Below are positions 39,251-52,600 of a stretch of DNA of 64,000 bases, one piece after another. Each line of letters begins with the position of its first letter. Positions within the stretch are counted from its first letter, which is position 1. Position numbers and translations under genes: made by a program. The stretch is from Callorhinchus milii (Eukaryota). The stretch is taken from the NCBI RefSeq assembly GCF_018977255.1, contig NW_024704742.1:29948001-30012000 (forward strand), read 5' to 3'. The notes beneath the pieces are model-generated. The model saw only the letters and a program-made list of their open reading frames with translations, ran no database searches and was not told where the DNA came from.

Positions 39251-39801
39251 CAAGTTGATAGAAAAATGTAAGTTCTTCCATGAGTAACAATTGTGAAGGC
39301 AGTAAGAACCCCAGATTACTTTTCCATGAGGACACCTTTTATTCTTAAGTTATGTCTCCTTGCTTATGGAATAAACTAGCTGTTCTACTGTCCTCACTAC
39401 AATGGTGACCTGTCAGACTACTGCTTTGTCCTCTTGAGTCTCGCAGATATTGGACTCAATTTTGAATTGAATCAGTTCAAATTAAACCATGGAACACCAC
39501 AGTTTACTATTGCCATTGTTTCATTTAAGAGAGGTGAAGATAGTTTGTAAAACTGGTGTTACAGTTCTTCTTTGACCTCCAACGCAATTACCCAGGGAGA
39601 AATTCAGTACACCCAGCATTATTCAAATACTTGTAAGGGATTATAGCCCCAAAACTATAATAAAAACATACCGATTACAATTTTCAACTTGTAAGCTAGT
39701 GAGCAGATTTCCATTAATTTTAAATGTGTAATTACTTCCTCAACTTTCAGGAATTTTAACTCTTTCAGCAGCTAGAAAACTTGCATTGCCAATGCCTTTA
39801 T

Positions 39802-39995
39802 GGGGGGGAAATCCCACCTTGGTCTACGTTTACTCTATTTATGCAGCATTTCGGAGCGATTAGAAAATACAACCTTAATTTTTAAGCTGGTTTTCTGTAA
39901 ATTGTTTTGAGATTTACAGAAAACACGCTTCAAAATTAAGACTGAATTCAACAATTTTTAAAACTTTGGATGCTCTAAAATGCTACATTGGGTTA
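39802..39995. mobile_element. Palindromic MITE-like element, copy 2
   Basis: Internal hairpin 39874-39940 (cttaatttttaagctggttttctgtaaat / atttacagaaaacacgcttcaaaattaag); homologous to 3536-3745. Confidence 0.65.
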
Positions 39996-40353
39996 CATAA
40001 GAGTCATATGGTACACAAACAGGCTATTCAGATCAATTCGTCTAAGACTGTGTTTAAACTCCGCACAATCCCCAAACTCTCCTATTCTCTTCTATACCCC
40101 TCTTACCCTCTACTATACACCTCTATTTGCTCTACTATACCCCTCTATTCCTCTCTCCCTCATGTATACATCATGTTTCTATTAAATGCATTGATGTTTT
40201 TGGCTTCAAATATAGCATCCAGCAATGAGTTCCACATTATTACCACCTTCTGCTTGAAGAAGTTCCTCCTAAAGTGGACTTGAACCCACAACCTTCTGAC
40301 TCAGAGGTACGAATGCTACAACTGAGCCAAGCTGACACACCAATGTATACAGT

Positions 40354-41650
40354 AGAATACATTAGAATATACAGCACAGAAACAGACCATTCGGCCCAAC
40401 TGGTCTATACTGGTGTTTATGCTCCACATGAGGCCTCCTCCTGCCCTTCCTCAACTAAGCCTTCAAGCATAACCTTCTATTCCTTTCTCCCTCATGTACT
40501 TTTCCAGTTTTCCCTCAAATTCATCTTTGCTATTTGCCTCAACAACTCCTTGTGGTAGCATATTCCCCATTCCCACTACTCTCTGTGCGAAGACATTTCT
40601 TCTAACTTCCTTATTTGCATCTATTTGTGACTATTTTATATTGATGACCCCTGGTTTTGGTCTCCCCCCACCCCAAGTGGAAACATCTTCCCGATGTCTA
40701 CACTATCAAAATCTTTCATCATTTTAAAGACCTCTATCAGGTCACCCCTTACCCTCCTCTTTTCAAGAGAAGAGTCCAAGTATGTTCAGCCTTTTCTGAT
40801 AGGTATAACCTCTCAGTTCTGGGATCATCCTTGTGAATCTCCTTTGCACCCTCTCCAGTGCCTCTACATCCTTTCTATAATGTGGGGACCAGAACTGTAT
40901 TCTAAGTGTGGTCTAACCAAGGTTCTATAGATGTTTACCATAACTTCCCTGCTTTTCATTTTTATCCCTCTAGAAATGAACCCCAATGCCTGGTTTGCTT
41001 TTTTTTACGGCCTTATTAACCTGTGTTGCTACCTTTAGTGAATTGTGTATGTGTACTCCTAGGTCCCTTTTAGGTTTTAATTTTTCAGGATGTATGTGAC
41101 TTCCTTATTCCTTCTACCAAAATGTACCACCTCACACTTTTCTACATTGAAATGCATTTGCTATTTAAATGTCTTGCTGTAATTTGTTGCAGTCCTCCTC
41201 TGTATTAACTACTCTCCCCAATTTAGCGTCGTCTGCAAATTTTGAAATTGTACTGCTGATTCCCGAATCCAAGTCATTAGTGTATATTGTGAAAAACAGT
41301 GGTCCCAATACCGATCCTTGTGGACACCACTGCCCACCCCCTGCCAGTCTGAGTAGCTACCCTTTACCCCTACTCTCTGTTTTCTGTTTTTTGCCAGCTT
41401 GCTGCCCATTCTGCTATTTTTCCCCTGACTCCACATGCCCTGACCTTATTCATTAGTTTAATATGTGGTAACTTATTGAATGCCTTTTGGAAATCTAAAT
41501 ATATTACATCTTCCGCATTACCCTTGTCTGCTCTCTCTCTGTTATCCCTTCAACGAATTCAATGAGGTTGGTCAAGCATGACCTTCCTTTTTGAAATCCG
41601 TGCTGACTATTCTTTACTATGTTTTCCGTTTCTAGATGTTTGTCTATTAC
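40354..41650 (-). mobile_element. CR1 LINE 3' 1.3 kb (RT to tail)
   Basis: Closely similar to 5666-6492; RT motifs on the minus strand; 3' UTR ccgaatggtctgtttctgtgctgtatattcta. Confidence 0.94.
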
Positions 41651-43745
41651 TGCAATGTAGTGCACCCCAAACATTGCACTTGGACTGTCAACCTAGACAA
41701 AATCTTTTGAGATTTTAGACCTTAAGTCTCCAAGTGCAGTTCAGTACTCATCCCACAACCTCCTAAACCAGAGGTGAGAGGGCTACCAACTGCGCCAATC
41801 CGACACCAGTTTACATTCTTGTTGTATTTTTGTTCCAGGGTAATCTGAGGCAATTCAAATATAAGTACCTCTGCAGTATCAGAGACACCTGCTACTGTAA
41901 ACCCCTTGTCCTGCCCTACCCCGTATACAGAAATGATCTTCAGGACCAGAGGCAAAATGGCAACTGTACTGCTTTTTCTCCTCCTCTCCCTGATTCCAGT
42001 TGGGATAAAGCTCCAACAACAACAACAACAAAATTACATTTTTGTATAGCACCTTTCACATCGGGAGGACATCCCAAGATCCTGGATAGACAGAATATCA
42101 GACCCGAGCTGGAGGTCGGGATCGGGGAGGGTGGAGGGCAGATATGGTTCCACTAACTGACCAAATAGGTCTTTCTTCATGTGTTAGCCCAAAAAACAGG
42201 TACTCATTGGCAAATCACTCAACCCTGAAGGGCATTACAGCAGGAGCTAAATCCCATTCTCATGATTGATTCCTTAGCCGAGGGACATTGTGGCACTATA
42301 GAAAATTGTAGCACTTCACTCACTGTCTTTGGGATGGCAGCTATGCCATTTATGCTACATTTGCACAGTAAAGGTAGCATAAATGGCACATCAAAGGTGG
42401 ACTTTGCATGCCTATTCCTCCTACAATTAATGCAATAGGAATGTGTCGGTTACTTATAACATTTTTAAAGCTTCATAATTATGAAGTTCTTCCACTTTCT
42501 CTGCAGTTTTGCAATGCAATGTGCTCTGATCACTGTAATGCCTTTTCTAGATCGTTTCGAGATTGTCTCATACAAGAGATTGTCTCATGAATGGCAAAGG
42601 ACTGACAATGAAATGGGGTTCTATCCTTTTAATAGTGTCACTTGACAGCTCTGAGGCACATATAAACACTATAGAACTGAGTCTGTCTGGTGTTAATTCC
42701 TGTCCTTCAACACCTAATCTCATAAAAGCAACCCTAGCACACAGATTTAAAATGAAAAAGCCTGGAGTGGAGCGAGAGATTAAAAGATTTCTTTTGCACT
42801 CTCCTTCCCTCTCATAGCAGTAGACATTAACACAGAGAACAGACTCCTACTAAAATCAATAGATGTTCCTTTGACAGACTTCATTCGGAAAAAGTCCTGG
42901 ATGAATATCCACTTGGAACAGTTTTAAAGGACATTGGATCACTTCATAGAACTGTTCAGCACAGAGGAAGGGTTATTCATCATTGCTGTACCATTATTAC
43001 CTTTGTTATTTTAAGTTGCCCCTTCCCTTTGGAACTCTATTCCACATTCCCTTTGCTCATTTCCTCCCTTGCCTCCTTCAAGGTACGTCTCAAGACCCTC
43101 CTCTTCGACTGTGTCTTCGGCCACACTTCTACCCTCCCTGGCCTCCATCCTCCCTGATCCCAACCGCCTTCCCCAGCTCAGGTCCACTTTCATGAGTGTC
43201 CAGCACCTTGGGACCCCCTCCCGATGTGAAAGGTGCTATATAAATGTAATTTCGTATTGTTTTGTTTTAAAAAAGTCACACTTTCCACCTCTTTCACCAA
43301 ATCCTTTTACTGATCCAGACTCAGTGGTAAATTAATTCAACCCCCTAACAACAATCCTCCCAGAGATCTTATTTTAAGTATTTAAAAAACGTGTATCCTG
43401 TAAGCATGGGTGTTGAAATACATCCTAAATGATCATGCGTAACAAGAACCAATGGCATGTTTCTTTTTGGTGCATGATCATCTGACAGTCCTTGACTAAA
43501 CATTGAACTTTGACTGACAAATTGGATTGCAAAAACAAATTGTGTGTAAAAACACAGGTGGGTGCCAATTTTTGGTAACATACGCAGGCAGCTGTATTGG
43601 CGTAGCATACACACGATTTTGCGGTTAACACGATCTTTGCCTCCTAACATGAGCAAACATTAAAACTTAAGAGGATCGAACACTCCAATCAATAGCATGA
43701 CCTCTGTACCCCAGAACCTAGGAAGAGGGAGGGGAGGTTGGAAGA

Positions 43746-44490
43746 ATAAGAACATAAGAACATAAGAATTAGGAGCAGGAGTAGGTCATTCGGCCCTTCG
43801 AGCCTGCCCCGCCATTCGATAAGATCATCGCTGATCTTCAGACCTAACTCTACTTACCTGCCCTATCCCCATATCCCCTAATCCCTCTAATTTTTAAAAA
43901 TCTATCAGTCTCAGCCTTGAAGATGTTCAAGGACTGAGCATCTACAGCCTTTTGGGGTAGTGAATTCCATAAATTCATTACCCTCTGAGTGAAGAAATGT
44001 TTCCTCAACTCTGTTCTAAAAGGCTGACCCTTAATTTTAAGACTGTGACCCCTGGTTATAGATTCTCCTACCAGGGAAAACAGACCCTCAGTATCTACTT
44101 TATCCAGCCCTTTAAGAATCTTATATGTTTCAATAAGATCTCCCCTAATTCTTCTGTACTCTAGAGAATACAGCCCTAGTTTATTCAGCCTATCCTCATA
44201 GGTCAGTCCCCTCATCCCAGGAACTAACCTAGTGAATCGACACTGCACCCCCTCTAAGGCAAGTATGTCCTTTTTTAAATAAGGAGACCAAAACTGCACA
44301 CAATACTCTAGGTGCGGTCTCACCAAGGCCCTATACAGTTGCAGCAAGACTTCCCAACTCTTGTACTCTAAACCTTTTGCAATGAACGCTAACATGCCGT
44401 TCACCTTCTTGGTTGCTTGCTGCACCTGCAAACTAACTTTTTGAGACTGGTGTACAAGGACACCCAAATCCCTCTGAACACTAACACTAT
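43746..44490 (-). mobile_element. CR1 3' fragment with an uninterrupted 205-aa ORF2 C-terminus
   Basis: ORF 43850-44467 GLEYKSWEVLLQLYRALVRPHLEYCVQFWSP...WNSLPQKAV; octamer tail (TTCTTATG)n. Confidence 0.96.
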
Positions 44491-44800
44491 CTAATATCTA
44501 AGAGTCGAAGCTATGAACCATAGATATGGGATGTGTGAGAATTCTGGATGTTTTTGGAGCTCTATCAACTCATGTGGGATGGCCTCCTACTGTATCATAC
44601 ATTTCTATGGATTTGCTCCAGTTGTGGTTCAGGAGATGGCTAAGTAGCACTTTGTCTGCAAGATGGAGATGCTGGGGTGAAGACTATGATAGGTTAGATT
44701 GTGAGTGGTCTTTGGAAAAACAGGTATCTTGTGCCATTTCTCATTTCATGCACATTCTCTTGCTGAGCTAAACAGTGCATCATTTTCATTCCTAACATTA

Positions 44801-44906
44801 GTGGAGTCCTGTAGCTCAGTGGTTAGAGCACCAGCCTTGCAAGCGAGAGATCTGGATTTGATTCCCGGCAGGGCGAAACATAAGGCAAGCTTCCTTACTC
44901 CACACA
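44801..44906 (+). mobile_element. tRNA-Ala SINE head only
   Basis: gtggagtcctgtagctcagtggttagagc...ttccttactccacac. Confidence 0.85.
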
Positions 44907-45030
44907 GATTGTTTAATTTAATCTATTAACTTACTTTCCCTTTGAGCGCTTTTTGCAACCCTAATATTATGTATCTTCTTCTTCTATCTATCTATTTTAT
45001 ATCTTCTTATATATTATACTAATAAAACGA

Positions 45031-45250
45031 CAATATGCAAAATACTGCAGATGCCGGATATCTGAAAACAAAAACAGAAGTCGCTGGGAACACTCAGAGG
45101 GTCAGGCAGCATCTGTGGAGAAAGGAAAGTGAGTCAACGTTTCGGGTCCATGACCCTTCGTAGAACTGAACCCGAAACGTTGACTCATTTTCCTTTCTCC
45201 ATAGATGCTGCCTGACCTGCTGAGTGTTCCCAGCGACTTCTGTGTTTTTG
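45031..45250. mobile_element. Penelope-like pseudo-LTR remnant in inverted (palindromic) arrangement
   Basis: About 75-80-bp arms (45069-45147 and 45170-45250) with few mismatches and a 22-nt loop. Motif cccgaaacgttgac...agatgctgcctgacctgctgag is recalled from fish/shark Penelope-like ends. Confidence 0.7.
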
Positions 45251-46300
45251 TAATAAAATGACAATGTCTGTCTGCGCTTCAAGAAGGATTTCAATAGCCG
45301 ACTGACGTAGAGACATGATTTATATCTCATCAGAAAATTTGTATCTAGGAGTGACATGGGCATATTTGTTTTTGGGTATCTCCTATCTTTCATGAGTTAT
45401 TTTCGGTTTTACGTATTTTGCTGCAGTTACCGGTAGCCGCTGAGTCAAAGTGGCACTGTGGCATCGTGCTTCACAGAGCACCTACTTATGTATGCACACA
45501 CTGCAGTTGCACCTGGTGGTCGCACCGGCTGACCGTGGCACTATGGTATCCTGCTTCACAGAGCACGGAGACAAGCTGCGGGAACAAATTAAGAACAAAG
45601 ACAACACTAAGCTGCGGCAACAACAACAACATTTTTAAAGTGCCGAGTCCTCCCACTGAGTCATCCCAAAAGGAGTCCTCCCAGATGAGTATAGATAAAG
45701 ATGAAATGTCGGTCTGCGTGTCAATCTACATTCTATATCGGATCCTTTGGTTGCAAGCGAAGCCGCAAAGGGTAAGGCTAGTGCCTTATAACTCTTTAAA
45801 GGCCTGGATGGTGTAAAGAGCTGAATCATGTTTCCCCTCGATCTCCTTTCTGACAATTCTCTGAATTCCTCTTCATGACCGAAATCTCACCATCAACACT
45901 GCATTTTCTCAAGGGAATGAATAAGACTTTGAAGATAAATTTACCAAAATTGCATGACATTCTAATTTGCCAATGAGTTTCCCGGGTCAAGAAAATAAAT
46001 TGTTTTCAATTAAAATTAACTGTCCTCAAGATATATCCTAATGCTTGTTTAGCGTTCAGTGTATGATCGATAATCATATCAGATCGTCTTCTGTCTTTAT
46101 TAATGCTCTTGGCTTTTTCTCCTGCACTTTAAACTTGCTATCTATGCATTGCCTTCTATTTATCTACATTACGTTTCTCTGATATCTTACTCACTCTTAC
46201 ATGAGTCATGCAGAGCAGGAAAGGGCCATATTCTGTGTCATGTTCACTGATCACAAACAGTGCAGTATAATTCGTAGATTTTTTTTTGATCATCTGGGTG

Positions 46301-46625
46301 TCTGACACATGCAGAAACCCATAACTAGGCTTAAGAGTATCAACACCAAACTGAGAATTGCATGCATTCCCACCTACACATGGAAATTCCAGAGATAGTC
46401 TTGTAATGGAATGCGCACTCTCTCGCTGGAGGACACATCCTGCTGACCTAATTCCACAAAGTTTTAGGTGCAGATTAGCAAGAGCCAAGGCTTGGGGACC
46501 CCAGAATGTTGGGATACTGGTCTAACCAGATGACACTGAATAACTTTTCATTGCAGTATTCAAGGCATGGTCTGATCAGAACACTGTACAGCCTGGGTAT
46601 GATGTCTGGAGATCTAAACTCAATA
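46301..46625 (-). mobile_element. Ancient CR1-like fragment joined to the unclassified repeat also seen at 19155
   Basis: IEFRSPDIIPRLYSVLIRPCLEYC followed directly by the shared ~200-bp segment. Confidence 0.65.
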
Positions 46626-48211
46626 AATGTAACAACTGATATAGCCCAGGATCCCATCTACCTTGTGTTTTGCTGCCTCACGCTGTTTTGGGATAGTGAG
46701 CAATGACTCAACTAACACACCTGATCTCTTTCAGCTTGTGACATCTTGCCTAAGAACTATTCTTCATGTTTGAGACTGGACACCCAGAATGAGACTATCC
46801 TTATTGAAGAAGACGGTGTAATATTAGGGTTTACAGAAACTGCCCAATAGGTTGTGGGGTTTTAGTCTCCTTATTCTTCACTATTTAAGGAGTTGCATTC
46901 TCCCCCGTGAACTCAGGAAGGGAGAATTTTGTCTTTAGTTACTCTCTTTGGTCTACACAGGACCATTTTATCTGACTCCTTTCATACACATATCAAGTTA
47001 AGTAGATTTAAAAAAAACTCAATTAGCTTATCATTGCAGAGGGCAGAACATTAAAGGGGCAATATTTATTACACTCCCAATAAATGTCATCTTTCATTCC
47101 TTAGTTCATCCACCAGTGTCACTGATCTTTACCTACCTCAGTATGAGTCACTATTTTCACAAGAAAAGAGACACAGAGAGAAAACAAAAAGGGAACTTTT
47201 GGAGAGGAAGAATGAATTAATACATTGAGTCAGACTGCATGGAAACAAGTGAGGCTCCTATCTGGCATTAAGAATATCGTTCATATGAAAGTTTTGAATT
47301 TTAAATATAACCACACAGGAAATATGCAAACAAATTTGCAGCAACTGTGGATATTGCAACTACAGATCTGTCTTTAAAATTGTACAAACTGATATATAAA
47401 CACCTGAAACCTTTGACAAAAGAAGCCTTAATGCACAGTAGCTCCATTTAAAATGGGCGAGTGAACCAGATCCTAGCTCAACTGTTTGTAAGCTATAAAA
47501 ACGGTGGTGGGTCAGAATGTTCCTGAATGATGACATTATCTATTGAAGCTGCAAAGGAAGTGGGTTAAAAAAGTGTAACAGCCAAGAAAGAGAAGACGAT
47601 AGATTATAAAACTGGATCGTTGCCAGTCTACTTGTGGCTTGTGACAGCAGTTTCTATTTTCATTTTTCTGCTCCCTTCTCCTTCACCAGGAGAGGAAAGT
47701 CTTTCTCCTAAACCGCATATTAACAGTATACATTCATACCATTAAACTTGTGATTCTTCCTGCATCAGTATCACCTTCTGGAAGCCAAATGCTAGCTCGT
47801 ATGATTCAACCAGGGATTCAAAGGACCATTCTCTTCATGAAAAAAAATCACACAGCAAACCCGCTTTTTGTTGGGTGATGAGGTGTCACTTAAAGTGACA
47901 AGTCAATGCATTTCAATATAATTTATTCCTTTGCCCTAAGCTTGACCGGACTACGCCACAGCACCTTGGGACGTCCTCTCGACATGAAAGGTGCAATACA
48001 AATGTAATGTTGTTGTTTGGAAAAAGGACATCATTGTGAAATCAGCTGCTCTGTTCGATGCTGTCAGATGGTGCAAGACAAAAGCCTCTTGCACCATCAA
48101 TACCTCTAAGCCCATCATCTTCTGTCCTCCATCTAAAAATGTTTCCTGTATCATTCTTTCCCTGCTCACTTCTCTGCTTGTCCTTATAATCTTCCCCCTT
48201 CCAACATCCCC

Positions 48212-48350
48212 TAGTTCTTACGATTGGTCATAGATCTGAAATGTTAACTAATTTTCCTCTCTTCATGGATGCTGTCTGACCTGCTGTGTGTTCCCAGCAA
48301 CTTCTGTGTCTATACCAGAATTTCAACATCTGCAATACTTTGCCTTTTGT
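48212..48350 (+). mobile_element. Degenerate single Penelope-like end, same family as 45031-45250
   Basis: agttcttacgattggtcatagatctgaaatgttaac...gatgctgtctgacctgctgtgtgttcccagc...catctgcaatactttgc. Confidence 0.65.
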
Positions 48351-48625
48351 TTACAGCATTCTTATTCTTCAGCTTCATCCCACTCCCACTCCCTCCCTAT
48401 CCGTCCACCAACAGCTTGTAAATGTAATTTAGATGTAAATCTAACTGTGCAAAGCACTTTGGAACATCCTCCTTCCGTGAGAGGCACTGTATAAATGTAC
48501 ATTGCATTGTATTGTATTCATCATACAATTAGGGCTTCTGATTTTATTAATTAGATTTTTGGTGGTTTATTTTTAACAATTTTTTAAACATTTATAAATC
48601 GGGAAGGGTTGGGGCTTTTATTAGT

Positions 48626-48892
48626 AGAATCAAAGAGTCTTATAGTACAGAAGGAGACTATTCAACCCATCGTGCCTGTGCCTGTTCTTTGATGGAACTG
48701 TCCAATTAGTCAACACTCCCTCGCTCTTTTCGCATAGCCTTGCAATTCTTTTCTTTTCAAGTAAATATCCAATTCCCTTTTAAAAGTTAGAATTGAATCT
48801 GCTTCCACCACCCTTTCAGGCACTGCATTCCAGACCGTAACAATTCTCAGGGTAAAAATTTTTCCCATCATCTCCCCTCTGTTTCTTTTGCC
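48626..48892 (-). mobile_element. CR1 3' end fragment
   Basis: Minus strand gtctggaatgcagtgcctgaaagggtggtggaagcagattc and a 3' UTR ending ctccttctgtactataagactct. Confidence 0.85.
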
Positions 48893-49194
48893 ACTGAGTA
48901 CATGGAGACTGCGTAGGGCTTTAAAAGATAGGACAAGAACTCCGCCTCAAACATGGGATGCCCTCCCGACATGAAAGGCGCTCTTTAAATGCAATTTGCT
49001 GCTGTTGTTGTTGGATACAGATTTCTTGCAGAAGGGTCATTGGTTAATATAGGAACATAGATAAGTGCTAGTCCATCTGTTAAGTTACATTTTCAAATAT
49101 CATCTTTTCTAATCTCACAGAGCCCCCACCCCTCTGTCTTCTTTCCCAACTTCTCCACTATGACGGACATTTCTATGCTGATTGCTAAATCCCA

Positions 49195-49412
49195 TAATAA
49201 TAAATCTTGCATAAACAGTTGTGGATTGAGTGACAACTTTTTTTTTGGAGGGATTATTACCCCCGCCAATCAACTAACAACCGGGTTCCTACTTACTGCG
49301 AGGTAAACAGAGGAGTGTGGAGTAAGGAAACTTTCCTAAGGTTTCACCCTGCCCAGGAATCAAACCCAGGTCCTCTCGCTTGCGAGGCGAGCGTGCAAAC
49401 CACTACACTATA
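49195..49412 (-). mobile_element. tRNA-Ala SINE, long variant, internally deleted
   Basis: Head with a ctcgcaa loop; tgtttacctcgcagtaagtaggaacccggttgttagttg segment. Confidence 0.8.
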
Positions 49413-49589
49413 GAAGGAGAATCATCCTTCTCTTCTCTGAACAGCCTCCAACAATTTGTCATTCTGGAGCTTGGTTACCAAAATTGAGTGCAAAATGGGA
49501 CCTTGTCAAAGAGTTGCACAATGTTGGAATAAATTATTCTTGCTTGCAGTCAAGCAGTGTTTTAGAACATTTTAAAAATGATAGATAAT

Positions 49590-49688
49590 GGGTTTCAAGG
49601 TTAAGACTAAATTCAACAATTTGCCAAATTCTGGATGCTCTAAATGTTACTTTAACAGAGTAAATCTAGACCCAGGTGGAATTTTTTT
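49590..49688. mobile_element. MITE-like element, right half (copy 3)
   Basis: ttaagactaaattcaacaattt...gagtaaatctagacccaggtggaattt matches the right arms of copies 1 and 2. Confidence 0.6.
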
Positions 49689-52600
49689 TCAAGAAAGGCC
49701 AATGAAAAAAATAACATTTTTTATTTTTATCTTCACTGAAAATAATCACCTCCATCCTCGCCCGACTCCACTGGCTTCCCATCACACAGAGGATACAGTT
49801 CAAGATCCTGGTCCTCACCTTCAAAGCCCCCCATGGTCTTGCTGCCCCCTACCTCTGTAACCTCCTAACCCGCTACCAACCTGCTCGCTCCCTCCGCTCA
49901 TCGGGCTCCGTCAGGATTACTATCTGCAATTTCAAAACGGACGCCAGAAAATATTTCTCTACCTAGAAGGTAATTAATAACTGGAACAGGTTATTTGGGG
50001 TATTCTGAAATGGGCCAAAGGCCTTATTTATCTGAGCCTTGAGGGTCGCTATATAAATGCACGTTGTTGTTGTTTTGTTCTCATGTGAAATGGGAGAATG
50101 TTGCTTTGTTTGTATTAAAGCAGAAAGGTAACATAATAGCTATCAGCAATGGTATTTGTTTCAGAGCCAAAAATAATTGGCATATTTTACAATAAATATT
50201 ATTTTTGTGATCTTAATGTTCATCTGTTTGACGTGTATGTGCGGAATGAAAGGAGCACCACTGTACAATGTTACAGTAAATGTAAGGTTAATGCTATAAC
50301 AGAGGTGAAGATATAGTATTCGTGACAGTAGTTGCAAATAGTTATAGATCAGTTATGCCGACATGAATTTCAGTTACGTGTAGTTGTCTCAACTGTTGCT
50401 CAGAGCTACTGGGTGGGAGTGTGGAGGTGTTGAGTTCCACTACATTTGAAAAAGGTTGCAACAATTGGTGTGCTTTGGATTTTTTTAACCCTGTGATTAC
50501 GCAGAAGAATTTCAGACCTTCACTTGCAGCACTGAGATATATTTTAAGCTGTCATAGTTGTTTTCAATGCTTTAAACCTATCCACGTTTCCCCTGTCAGG
50601 ACTACCTAAAGCCACTTTATTATGGTGAAACCATTGAAAGAAAGATTAAACATCATCTGCTGGGTATATCTGTTTCGGAGCATTCTAAATTACAATCACT
50701 TTTTATATAACCTTGCCCAATAATTTCTGATAAAAAAAAGGTTTGTTATCAAATATCCATCTGGTCTACTTGTAGCCATCTTTAGCATTGAAGCATAAAC
50801 GTACTGCAGTATCATTGTGTGTTGTAGGAAAAATTGGTGTGGTGGAAGCGCGTGGGTAATAACCAGCCATTCTTTAATTTTTTAACTCGAACACCAACAA
50901 CGTTTGAATAAACTAAACTGTTCGAAACAGAACAGTCACAAGAGACATCAGTCCTCCAGCAAACTCAAACTCTGCTTAGGCAGGAACCTACCTCCAGACC
51001 AGTCGATCCATCTGCTACCTGTTATAATGCAGGACCCAATGGTGCAAATTTGCTAATAATACACTAGCACTGTGCATGTGTGGAACCAGTCTGTTCGCCT
51101 CCTGCACACTGAATAGCTTTTTGTGCTAAAAATTACAGACTTTGAATGCATTAGCACGTGTTGATGTCACTTACTACTTTGCTGCACATGTGGAAACCAG
51201 AAGTGTCATAATGACCCGGAGGCCGATCATTTTAACTACTAGTACAAAAAGAGTGCCCAACCTCTGGATCAACAGGTGCCCACCAACACCACTTCTGACT
51301 TGATGCAGAAATCAGGAAGTGATACTGCAGTGACCGGCTGACCAGGAAGTCGGCAGTTAATTTAAGCATGGCAGCTGGCTGGCGTACTCCCTTGAGTGGC
51401 GGCCACTCTCAGTCAAACACAATATTGTACCTCGCCATTATACAGGTTGGGATTTTAAGGCTCGCAAGTCCCATGTTAAAATGAGGCTGCACTATATATG
51501 GACATCTCTCTAGACATTATAATAATTGACACTCCCATGTGGGACTCAGGGAGTGCCATCTTGTCAGAGTCATGGTACTTCTTGAAGTGTGACGGACCAA
51601 GGTCAACCACTAACAAGGTCCCATCTTCGTTTTGAGGTGGATGTTAAAGATCCCACATGACTGTATGAAGAGAGAAAGGAATCTCTCCCAGTGTCCTGGC
51701 CAAGAATCCCCCAAAATTTAATTGGTCATTCAATTTGTAGCTGTTTGTGGGACATTGCTGGGTGCAAATCGGCTGCTGCGTTTGCCTACAAATCCACAGT
51801 GACTCCACTTGATACCAATTACCTGTGAAGTACTTTGGAACATTTTGCAATAGATTCTGCGCAAATGAAAAAATATTATAATTTATTATCCTCTTACATT
51901 GTTAGGGTCTTTAGTGCTGTTTCCTTAAAATCCCCCTTTACATATGAATGATGACCTGGTTAACAGTGAGGTGCATAATTATTATGCAATATTTATATAT
52001 GAATGACTGAGGTCTCCATAATGGTTTCATTGTATTCCTTACATAAAAAAAACCTGGGACATAACCCTTATCAGTTGGTTTTGTCTACCACCCGGTGTTT
52101 GTTAATTTGTAACTGTACTTTTTGTAATCTGTAATTTGTAATCTGTAAGATTGCTTGAGTTACCTTGATAGCCCCCCAATAAAGAATCAGCTCAGAGTGA
52201 ACAAACCTTCCAAATTCACCTGGTTTATCTTGCTCGATTCCCAGCTCTGTGAGGATACTAACATCCAACACGTGATGGTCATATGTGTGAAAGGGTGAAA
52301 GGTGACATCATCATCTGGCATGTGAGATACCAGGTCAGGATGCACGCAATATAAGCGCATTTTAAATGATAACATTACTGCACAAAAGAAAGAATGGACG
52401 GGAACTGACGACACACCAGCTAGCACAACAGGGTCTTGTTGTCAGTGCTTCCTCTCCGCATCGCAGGCAGAAGCTCAATGCAGTCTCGGACCTTCGAGCT
52501 GGCAAGCCCTTGTTCGGTTTAATCTGCATTCGCATTAGGGAGGAGAGCGGCAATGAGTTCAGTCTGTTGTGTTATAAAAGAGACTGTGCGGGTCAAAAGT

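Noticed and set aside
48067..48098. 12-bp perfect hairpin gatggtgcaaga/tcttgcaccatc
   Set aside because: Too short to interpret, with no second copy or context. Bacterial-style terminators are irrelevant here.
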